Below are positions 24,601-36,600 of a stretch of DNA of 64,000 nucleotides, piece by piece. The stretch is from Callorhinchus milii. Its lineage: Eukaryota. Made by a program: the position numbers and the translations under genes. The stretch is from the NCBI RefSeq assembly GCF_018977255.1, contig NW_024704742.1, forward strand, positions 74,340,001-74,404,000, read 5' to 3'. The notes beneath the pieces were generated by a model that worked only from the letters and a program-made list of their open reading frames with translations, had not been told where the DNA came from and ran no database searches. Numbering within the stretch: the first letter of the stretch is position 1; every line of letters begins with the position of its first letter.

Positions 24601-27600
24601 AATCAAAATTTCAGAAACTATATGCACAACAATAATCAGAGTATTGACGTAATGAAATTCACGGTTATATTTGGAATGAATCTCTTGATAAATGGGATCA
24701 AGTTTTCCCTGAGGTTGCGCTGTTAAATGATTTCGGAATATGAGAAGATAGATTCCCAGTTTATTAGACCTTTCCAGATCTTTTAATCCAACTGCCCAAT
24801 TCTTTCACCAATCCATTTATACCTCTATTAGCCAAGTATCTGTCTTTTTTTAAAAAAAATCTCTATTGATTCCATCTCTACAGTGTTTTGAAATGGAACA
24901 TTCCACATCTTCACAAGATGAAGAAATGCTTCCTGACCTCAGTGCCAAGTTTCTTAGTTCTGAGTTGAAGGCTTTGCCCCCTTGTGATGAATCCCTCTAC
25001 CACAGGGAAGAGTTGTCTACTATCTAATCTGTCAGTACCTCTTATTATTTTAAACATCTCAATCAAATCACCTCAATCTCCTGTGCTCTAATTAATATAA
25101 CCCCACTCTACTCAGCCTCTCATCATTGCTAAACCTCTTCATCCCATTACTAGACACCCTTCAAGTATTCTGAGAGCTAATCCAGCATTTCCTTCCCCCA
25201 GCTAGGTTCATCCATCTCTGCTAGCTTCAAATCAAATCCAGTGATAGCGATACCTGTGAGCCTATCACTTTTGAGATGTCTCTAAGACATGATAAGATGC
25301 TGTATCAAATGCCAGGATTATTATTTTTATCACTATTATCTGGCACTGCTAAGTACACATTTTGAGCTTTAATTGTTCACCACACTCCTCTTCCTCTGCA
25401 GAATGATGCTGACTGGCGACAATTTCTCACTGTTACCAGGTCACCCTTCAAAAGGGGAAAAAAAATTAATTCCTGGGGAATTTCAGATAAAGATTTGAGA
25501 GATTTGGGCTGTTTTGATACTAACAGCGATTTATTTTGCATTGGTGTCACAATCATAATGTTAATCACTTACCTCGGTGAGAATGTCTGCAGGAACCCCG
25601 GTTGCCATCAGGATGGTGCACAGCTGCTGCAACAGGCCACACTGGAATGCTGATTTCTGACAGCTGCTAGTGGCCCCAGGGGGGTTCACAGGAGATACCA
25701 GCACTCTCACCAACTGGAAAGTTCAATCACATTACAAATGGACACATAATGAAATGATGCTTCACTTGCCAGAAAAATAACGCAACATTTAGACTAAAAG
25801 CAAAATACTGCAAAGCTAGAAATCTGAAACAAAAACAGAAGTCACTGGGAACACTCAGCAGGTCAGGCAGTATCTATGGAGAAAGGAAAGCGAGTCAACG
25901 TTTCGGGATATGACGGAGGGTCGTGGACCCGAAACTTTGACTGGCTTTCCTTTCTCCATAGATGCTGCCTGACCTCCTGAGTGTTTCCGGCCACTTCTGT
26001 TTTCGTTTACAACACTTAGAATGTTTGCTTTTGATTGGCAACATCAATAATCCCTGGAAGATTCACATCTAGATCTCAAACAAATAAAGTATCTCAGAGT
26101 CAACGTGAGAATCCTGAAATCGATCCAATCTGTGATGGGAGCTGTGGAGCCTGTCAAGGCCTGGATGGCGGGGGTACAGAGTTTGGTTTGGGTGAGGGTA
26201 CAACAGACGGAGATTTCAATAAATTGGATAATGTTGGTACATCTAATATCTAATAAAATCTACTGGTATAGAAAGATATTGTGGTCCCAACTCAAGTTGT
26301 CAAGTTGCATATACGATCACAGATTTCCCCACTCTTCTCTCCACAGGCTACAGACCATCCAGAACTCTGCAACTTGTGCCCTCTCCAGCACCAGGCTCCG
26401 CGAGCCTATCACCCTCTTCATCACCTGGCTTCATTGGCTCCCCCATCACCCAGTGGATCGAGTTCAAGATCCTTGCCCTTTTAAATCCCTCCATTGTCTT
26501 ACCCCCCACCCCTACCTATGCGACTTTCTAAAAACCTACCAACCCGCTCGCTTTCTCCATTCGACAGCACTGGCTTTAAATATTTAGAAATTTCTCAATA
26601 CATGGCCAGCCTCACTCTAGTTTTAACAAACCGAATTTCACCAAAGAACTCAACCCCAGTCCTATCAGGTTACGCCTATTAAGCTAAGTAGTTCAAATTA
26701 TTTCTTGGATGTCTCTTGCCATAAAAAGTTACAGTCTCTGCTGAAAAGCAGTCAAAACTCAGCCAACGGCATTCACGTTTGGGTTAGTTACCTTTTAGTG
26801 GAGTTGGGAGAGATGTTAACAAGAGCCCAGGCAAATGTTTTACCAAAAATTGCATACTTATTTCTAATCAAAGAAGGAAAAATGTATACTGAGAAAAAAC
26901 ATGGGTTGAGGCTTACTGGTATATTTTAATTGTTCCTTAAGATACAATACCTGGAGCATCAGATGAAGGTTAGTGACCTTCTGTGCAGACCACCCTGAAT
27001 TGTCTTCGGCAACTTCAAACCAAGGTTTCATGCGTTGAATGTACGAACCCTCCTTGAAGAAATTTTGATTTGAACTATTGTTCTTCAGTAAGTTAAGCAG
27101 AAGAAGGAGACAATCTTCAACCACAATGCCTGGAAGACATTTAAAAACCATTAATGGTAGATAAAATAGGGTTTTATGTGGTGAGAATATAGATCTCCCT
27201 GTCAAAAGCTGTGGTTGAAGCAAAACGCATCAATGTACAGTAACCCCCTGGCTATCCAGACACCATGTATCTAGCATTTAGAATCAGCGGGACCAGGTCT
27301 GCAAATAAATTCTGTGATTCCGTACACTAAAAATCCACCCCGCGTTTTCAAACACCTGCCAGCGCACATGATGCCTATAGCTTAACACTGGCTGGTTTAC
27401 TGAGAGCCTCAACGGAGCTGTATCATGTCAGTGACGAGTAGAGAACTATTGCTAATTTTTACCCTCCATCTCAGCTACTCTCTGTCTTTTTACAAGAAGT
27501 CTTATATTTATTTTGTACCGAGCAAGTAGGAACCCGGTTGTTAGACGCCAATCAACTAACAACCGGGTTCCTACTTATTGCTAGCTAAACAGAGGCGTGT

Positions 27601-30600
27601 GGAGTAAGGAAACTTGCCCAAAGTTTCGCCCTGCCGGGAATCGAACCAAGATCCTCTCGCTTGCGAGGCGAGTGCTCCAACCAATATGCTACATTATAAA
27701 GGGGTTTGTTTCCATATGTAGGGGAGTCTGTAAATATAAGATAGCGACTAGCAGAGAGAGAAATCTAAAAGTTTGGAATGGTGAGCAATGGCAAGAAGCT
27801 TTGGAATTATAGAGAAATGCAATAATGTCAGGAGAAGAATCATCAAAGATAGTCTTTGCAGAATTGTTATCAGAATTGGCTACTACAGGTCAAAGACAGT
27901 TTGGATCAGAAATGACACAAAGCAAACATCTGGAACATTTTAGCATCTGCTGGATAATTTACTGGTCCAGAATTTAAGTGAATCAAAATAGTTAACCTAA
28001 GAGCACAGTACATGCCCAACTAAGATCACCCTGCAATTGAGGCTTTGTTTTACAGTGCCAAAAAAAAGTCACTGGTTGGGGACAATTCAATGCCAGGTTG
28101 CCTTATTGTGTTATATGTTAATTTTTTTGAGCTAGAAAGTGAACACTTGTACGACAACATCACAGAGCTACTGTGACATGATGTTCCCAGCTATACAAGT
28201 AAGCAAGAGCAAAAATTTACTGTGTTTTTTGAGAAAAACACAAGAATGCTCATTAAGCCAACTTCAGATTACCTCCATCACTGTTGCCTTCCTCTGTGAC
28301 AATATCCAGCAGTCGTTCAAATGCATTTTCAAAAGCTACAATCTTCTGAATGGCTGCATTGCCTCTTGATAATTGTTGCAACAGCAGTAGCCCCTGGAGA
28401 AAAGAAAACAAAGGACTTCATTAGCTTTTCGTTTTGCTACAGTTATCAATTCCCTCCAATCGCCCAAAGTTTATTATTATTTTGATCTTATAGTTTGAAC
28501 CAATAAAATCTATTTTACAGGTTCGAAAGAGAGAAAAATGCCATCAATGATGCCATAAAAGCCATCAGGGATCAATGAACGAGATACACCTACAATTAAA
28601 TTTCAGTGTACTGGACTGGCCTGCCTCATAGGGTTAGATTACATCAAAGCACTGTGTTGAAATTGTAGAGTTGAGTTTATGTTTGAGCAATGGAAACAAT
28701 TGTAATACAACAACAAGATTACATTTGTATAGCACCTTTTATGTCAGGAGGACATCCCAAAGCGCTGGACAGTGTACAGCATTTCAGACCTGAGCTGGGG
28801 TCAGTGGAGGAGAAGAGGGGAGGGGAAGGGGTGGTGGCTGATGACATGGTCGAAGAGGAGGGTCTTGAGGCGGGACTTCAAGGAGGTTAAGGAGGGGCAA
28901 AGTGGAGTGATTGAGGAATGGAATTCCAGAGGTTGGGGGCAGAGTGGCTGAAGGCTCTCTCACCAATGGTGGGGCGGGTGAGTTGGGGACTTGAAGCAGG
29001 CCAGAGTCGGTTGAGCGGAGGAAACAGGCGGGTTGGTAGGGGGTTAGGAGGTCGCAGAGGTAGGGTGAGGCGAGGCCATGGAGGGCTTTGTAGGTGAGAA
29101 CCAGGATCTTGAACTGGATCCTCTGAAGGATAGGGAGCCAATGGAGTCGGGTGAGAGTGGGGGAGATGGGGTCACGGAGTTTGGTGCGGGAGAGGACATG
29201 GGCTGCAGAGTTCTGGATTATCTGCAGCCTGTGGAGGGAGGAGTTGGGAAGGCCGACAAGCAGGGCGTTTGCATAGTCGAGCCAGGAGGTGATGAAGGCA
29301 TGAACGAGAGTTTCAGCGGCCTGAAGGGTGAGGTAGTGGCGGAGTCGGGCGATGTTACGGAGGTGAGGGAAGACAGAGCCTTTTACTAATGGAAGTAGTA
29401 GTAACAACAAACAACAGTAGTAAACTATAGTGTACCCGAGGAGTCTGTGAGGACCGCTGTTTTCTCCATTTATCTAAATGATCTGGATTTCGGTATAAGG
29501 GGCACAATGTCTAAGTTTACAGATGACAGAAAAATAGGGCGTGTAGTTAACAGTGAAGTTTGTAAGCAACTTCAGGGGGCAGATTAGTTGATTTTGGTAG
29601 AAATGGCAAATGAAATTTAATGCGGACCAGTGACCTAATACTTTTTGGGAGGAATATGGAGAGTAAGTGCGTAATTTAGGTGGTAAAATATAGAAACAAG
29701 TGGAAGAGCAGAGGGACCTAGGGGTTAATGTACGTAAATCTTTAAAGGTGGAAAGGGAGGTAGACAAAGCTGTCAAGAAAAATGGGATCCTACGTTTTAT
29801 AAATAGGTGTATAGAATATCAAACCTAAGAGATAATGCTAAACTTATATAAACCATTAATTAGACCACAGATTGAATATCATGTCAAGTTTTGGTCACCC
29901 CACTTAAGGAAAGACGTCAAAGCAATACAGGGGTGCAGAGGAGAAGCTCTAAAAAAAAAGTATGGTGTAATTGAAAAATCAAGATGACCTATTTTGTTGT
30001 TCTATTCATTCTTTGGATAACACATAAATCTTTAGGGCAGAGCCATCATTTTTGTAGCAAAGGTTATGATCACACAGTAAAAGAATTAATGTCAAAGCTA
30101 AGCACTTCATGACATTTCCTTATTACGGAATCCAATGAGAAATTTCTACATATTTATCTCTCTATATATCACTACATCAAATTTCAATGCACTTAAAGCT
30201 AACAAAATAAAAAAATAAGTACTGAAACTATGATTACACTAAAAATAGTCAAATGAAATTCTTGTATTTGATAATAGTGCTTTTAATATAGTAATTTTTG
30301 AAGCTCTTCATGGGTAATAATATTGCACCTTTCACATTGAGTCTCAAAGTGCTTCACAGCGTATACCCTAAAACAATTTCCTGGGTGAATGCAGCAGCCA
30401 ATTTGCACATTGTAATGTCCCACAAACATCCATGAAGTGAATGACTTATTTATTTGGGGGATTACTGTGAAGTGTAGTCACTGCACATTTGTATATTAAC
30501 ATGGTAGTCAACCTTTGCACAGAAAGGTTCCACAAATAGAAGTATTATAATTTAGTTTGGGGGATTGTTGTCTTAAAAAAAGATAAACTCCCTTTTTTTT

Positions 30601-33600
30601 CCCCGAAATACTGATTGTCCAGCGCCTTGGGATGTCCTATCGACGTGAAAGGTGCTATACAAATGTAATTTTGTTGTTCACTTGGAAGGAAACTGTATAA
30701 AACTGTTTTTAGACTAAATACAGTGGAATCCGCTTTTGCCTGATGTCGGTTATCCCCTGATTTGGGGTAAATTGAACAAAACTCCTGGCCCTAATTCATT
30801 TGTCTTCTTAAATATGTTTTATATATGCCTGTTAACTCAGATGAAAATTCTGTTAATCTGGACAAAATGTCACACTGGTTGCCATTGAATGTACTCACTC
30901 AGGCCTTTTGTGTGTCCATTCAGCCACGAGGGGCTCTGGGAGAGAGATGGGAGGAGTCAACTTGCGATTGACAGCGGACTCCAGCCATTCACAAGCAGCT
31001 GGAGTTGGGCTGTTAACCAGTGAGGAGGCAAAGGAACAGAGAAGAACAGGAGAGGGAATATCATGATTGATGACAGCTGAGCCGCTTGTGAATGAATGGA
31101 GCCCAAACATTCACAAGTGGCTTCAGGTTGTCAATCACCTCAGCGATGCCACTGACACCCTGTTCGTTTTTACAATCACATTGGTTAAAACAAGCTTTTT
31201 GAAAGAGGAATAATCATTTTAGTACTTCACAAAATTTATAGAGCGGTCGATCCAATGGGAACGGCAATGGGAGGGAGGAAGGGCCGCTACTCCTCTGCTG
31301 GGCGGGAAAGTGCTGTATTTTGCAGCCAAACAAAAGTAAATCTATTTTACTGAATTCTGTGAGAATATTTTAACTTTAACTGATCAGTTAACACTGCTTA
31401 AAGTGAAACAATTATTGCATATTATACGGCATCGGTGGTGCTCCTCTGGTCAGGCATGGTATTTTGGTTAACCTCGGACGCCTCTTAAGTCAGACAAAAT
31501 GTCTGTCTGGCTTAACTGGCTTCCACTGTACTATAATATAATCCCAATAACAACTATTTTCTGACAATCCACTGAAATGTACATATTAGAAGTTTCAGTA
31601 CCCTGAAAGTTACTTACATCGTTCCGAATCACTTCTCTGGAGTCTGCAAGTAAATCCATCATCCTGGACACACCTGTTCAGTTTTACAATCACATTGGTT
31701 AAAAAAGCTTTTTGAAAGAGAAATAATCATATTAGTACTTCACAAAATTTACAGAGCCGAGAGATTACCTATCGTCCCATTTTAGAGACTGCACCAACTT
31801 TAGTGATGTAGTCACTACAGAACTAACTACAGCTTTTTTGTGCTAACTATTCTTTTAAAAGCACAAGGAGAATTTATGTTGTGATTATAATAAGAATACT
31901 TACATTTGGTTAAGCATCTTTCACGGCAGAAGAACGTCCAATTTGCAGGATACAGTGTAATGTTGAGCAACTGTGTGTTTTGTGGACAAACATTACACTG
32001 TATCCTGCACAGTGGACATCCTCCTGCCATGAAAAATGCTTAATCAAATGCAAATATTCTTATTATACTCGCAACATAAATACACCTTGTGCTTTTAAAA
32101 GAAGTCAGCACAAAAAAGCTGGAGTTAGTTTTGTGCCAAATTGCACACAACAATATCCCGCAAACAGGCATGAAGAGTATGACCAATTTTATTTAGAGAA
32201 TTGTTGGCTAGGAAACAGGGAGAAACTCCGTTCTCTTTTTAAATAGTCCCATGGGATCTTTGAGATTCACCTGAACAGATGAACTGCAGATTGGACCTTG
32301 GTTTTTAACGACTCATCTGAAGGACCACAACTGCGATAAAGAAGTACACCCCCAGCACTGCATTGGAATACAGATTCAAAGTCCCGAAGTGGGGCTTGAA
32401 CCCTCAATTTTCTGACTCATATGTGAGTGCTATCAAATGAGCCAAGCCAATTGCTGCCAATGGAACCAGGCTGGAGCAGTGATCAGAAGTATCTTATTAC
32501 TGCTTCACCAACAAACGTGGTGGGAACCTGGTTTATATCACCTGCTCCACAATGATTTCAATCTGTCCACAAAAACAATTGCCTACATTTTGCTGCACAA
32601 ACCTCCATTTTATCTTAACATAACAAAGTTGGGATTTTAACATTAATAATAATCCTTGCATTTGATATAGCGCTTTTCACGTCTTCTAGACATCCCAAAG
32701 TGCTTCACAGAATATACTGTAAAGTGAATTGACTGTATTTTTGTGGGCAAACACGGCAGCCAATTGCGCACATCAATGTCCCACAAACAGTCATGGATTG
32801 GAAAATGACCAAGTATTATTGTTTTGTTTTTTGGAGGGATTATTATAAGGTGTGTGGAGTAAGGAAACTTGCCCAAGGTTTCGCCCTCTGCCTGAAATTG
32901 AACTCAGGTCTCTCACTTGCAAAGCGAGTGCTCTAACCACTGAGCTACAGGATTAAAAATGCTCTGTCCAAATTTCTGGGGAATACCTGGGTAGCCTGTG
33001 AGATTCACACAGATGTCAGTACTGAAAGTCCAGTGTAAATCTCACTCATCACATTTAGACTGTGCAGATGGAAACCCTCCACTCGCAAGGTCTGAAACCC
33101 TTTTATACAACGAGCTGGAAAGGGAGAGGATGTGACCGAAGGCATGGTCAAAGAGGAAAGTCTTCAGGTGTGATTTGAAGACAGGCAAATAGAGTGCAAA
33201 ACTGAGGGATTAAGCCAAGGAGTTTCAGAGATTCAGGGCACAGTGGCTGTGAGCACGGCCGCCGATGGTGTAGCAGAAGGCACAGGGGATGTGCAAAAGA
33301 TCCGAGCCAGCTGAGTGAAGGCATGAGCAGATTGGAGTGGGGTGTGAGCAGATTGGAGTGGGGTGTGAGCAGATTGGAGAGGGAGGTGCCAGGGCCTGAA
33401 GTGATTTTAAAATTTAGCGAGAATCTTGAAATCAATCCGTTCTGCAACAGGGAGCCAGTGATGCCTGACAAGAAACGGGGTGATGGTGGTATTGAGCCTG
33501 GTACAGGCAAGGAGAGAGGTGCCAGAGTTTTGAATCATTTGTATCTTGTAAATAGTGCAGCTGGAGAGACTGGAGTGCATTGGAAAAATTGAGACAGGAG

Positions 33601-36600
33601 GTGTTGAAAGCATGAATGAGGAATGTTTGAAGTAAGATAAAGGAGAAGGCAGGTGATGTGGCGAAGTTGAAGGAATGTAGTCATGGTCAGGGACCAGAGG
33701 TGGAGTAGGAAGGATAACTGTGCATTAAACCGGATATCAAGATTGTGTACATATTAGACATCTGGTGCCAAATTGACTCAGTTTATATGACAACCATTCA
33801 GTAATTGACGCAACAGCAATTTGTTACATGCAATATCCTCCATTTTAATTGTAATTACCCAGAGGCAAAGAGAGTGTCAAAGAGAGAGAGAGAGCCAGTG
33901 AGAAGAGTAAGAATGCTAGAGAAGCAAAGAGACACACACTCGCACGCGCAGAGGGGTGAGTCATAGAAAGTGAGAGAGGGGGGAAAGCAAAGAGGGAAGA
34001 GAGGCAAGTAAGAAGAGAGTGAGAAGCAGGGAGAAGAGCTGCACTGTGCTTCTGAAGTTTTTATAAAATTTGCTGCAAGAGTGTGTTTATTTTCTGCTGA
34101 TTGTTCAAGTTTCCATTATGTTATATTGGAGGTAAATCACATTCTTACCCATTGGGCTGACAAGGATGATCTGCTGAACCTGCGGCCCTTGGTTCTTTAG
34201 AAGAGCAGTTAGGAGCTTCACTCCAGGCCAACGCACGTGAAAATCAAATTCCTGTTGCAGATAGTGAGCAAACAATGAGTACAGAAATGTACTTTTGTGC
34301 ATCTTCTGATCGAACAAAGAATGGCAATTTATATTTTGAAAGGATTTTCTCCTAATACAGGAGGACAAAAGCTCACTTAATCTTGATTTTCTGTACGAAT
34401 ACAAACCGTGAAAGCAGGGCCTCTTGTTCCTTCTGGATTTTTTTTTTAAGGAGGAGGTGTCAGTAAAGTTATCATAGGGATAGCTGGCTTGTAGTGGCCA
34501 AGCTTTTATAGAGATCATTAATAGGGAATATGAGCCGGGATTAAACAGTCACAAATGGTCTAAAGATAATGTGTTTCTATACGATTTATGTCCTCCCCTA
34601 AGGAGTTGGATAATTATGCTCAGTAGTAACCTGGCATTTAGTCCAAGTAAGAAATTAAACAAAACAGGAAAGAGATTCTCTACGTTTATAGAAATGATTT
34701 TTAATCTGAAAAGTTGGGGCAATACTATTGTGTTTCTTCACTACAGATTTAAAAAGAAAGTTAGATTCATTTAACAGATTTTTTAAAGCATATTATATTC
34801 CATCTCGTTTCTTCAAGGAGAATTTTTTTGGTCAGCTGGGTGTCTGAAACCTGCGCCTGGAATCCCATTGCCATGCTTAAAAGTATTCAAACTAAACTTC
34901 TGAGTTCCAATGTCCATGGAAATTTCCCTTTTTCTGGAATCCATCAACAGTGCCCCGAATTTTGTGGACCCCAGGAACTCGATTCCCAATACCACTACAG
35001 AGGGTCAACTCAAATCCAATATTGTATTATCAGGCACATCACCTTGGAGCCAACTCAGCCCCAAAGAAGTATGCCTCCTTATCCTTCTTAACCAGATTTA
35101 TAATGGTTGAAAGTAGATAGTAATCTTTGCACAATGTATCAATTGAGAGTCAGATTAATTTGCTGGAAATAGAGGGGTTTCATTTGATTTTTGTTTATAC
35201 AGAACTTACCTCCAAGAGGGATAGTAGTAGGGTTAGATTTTCATGATGCTTAATAAAAATCTCTGTGAACTGGCCAGCCAAATCTTCAGAACTTTGCTTT
35301 TGAGTATTTTCATCTGCAGAGAGAGATGAAAACAAAAGGGATTACAAATAATAATACTTGCATTTGATCTGGCACCTTTCATATCAGGAGGGCATCTCAA
35401 AGTGTAAATTTAAACAGATGTAATAAACCTGTGCCTTTTGAGGGCCAGCTTCATGTTCCACAGATAAAGTAGCAGCAAAAAGATTCTGTTTGCAAAATCA
35501 TAATAAACAGGGGATGATTACAATGTAAAAAAGTAATGATGCAATGACAAAAGAGTACCCTATATTTAATATTTAGAACCATGCAAAAAAATTCTAAGTC
35601 AGGTCAAAAAAATGCAATGATGAGTCAGTGGGTGGAGTACCAAATGCACTACAGGATTCTAATCTTTGTTATTGCATTTGGGTGGGTATTTCTAACCTAC
35701 ATCCAACTTTATGCTTTTTACAGGTCAACATTTTCACAGCAGTATGAATGAAGACTGGAACCAGGATGTCCTCAAACCTCATAATCCATAATACAATCAA
35801 TTAAGATGATATGAAATTGCTTTCCAATGGTTTGTGAAATAAACACTTAGAAACAATGGCAGACTGGCATTACATTAAAAATGCTACCATAGGTGCGAAT
35901 TGAATCACTGCTACATTAAACAATTTGTCATAAGCCTCACTGTATTTTCATTCTGGGCATAAAAAACAAGTCCTCGCATTATATTGCAATATTTAGAGCG
36001 AGTCCCACATTCTTGAATTGCAAACACTTTACAATGAAAAGACATGCCTGTTTTTCTGGGCTTATTGGTGGTGGAAGGTGGGGGAGGGGTGAAGTGGCAG
36101 CACATAGAAGTGGCTTTTGCATTGCTGGACACCTTTGCTTTGCCCAGGAAAATAGTCGTATGTTACATTTTTAATTACTTGTAGAATGCTCTAAGGAGTT
36201 ATCAGTCATCAGCCTCAGTGTACCTCCAGTTTCAATCCAAGCCAAGGATTAAACTCTCAAAGCAGCCTTATATAATCTACATTAAGCAAGTAACGCTGAA
36301 CAGCTTCCAAAAGGATACAACTTATAACATATTAATGCTTTAATAGGAAGAATTCTTTCTAGTTTCTGAAAAATTGTGGAAGAGTTATATGAAACAAACG
36401 CACAAATGTTCTAACAATCGATCTTTTATAGTAGAAATGCTCCGCTGATTACAAAAAAGTAATGAGCCTGCTAAAACAAGAATCAATGTTACACATGACT
36501 ATTATGAATTTGATGAAAACTTAAAACATGCATTTCATTTTTTTTAAGAGGCCATTTTCATTACGAAACTCATTTAAAACAGGGTCATGCAAAAATAAGG

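Noticed and set aside
33010..33055. Box C/D snoRNA-like GTGATGA...CTGA on the sense strand
   Set aside because: Boxes only ~35 nt apart, no terminal stem or rRNA guide evident
33324..33379. Short direct repeats as a CRISPR-like array
   Set aside because: Head-to-tail 21-bp tandem without spacers inside an L2 fragment in eukaryotic DNA
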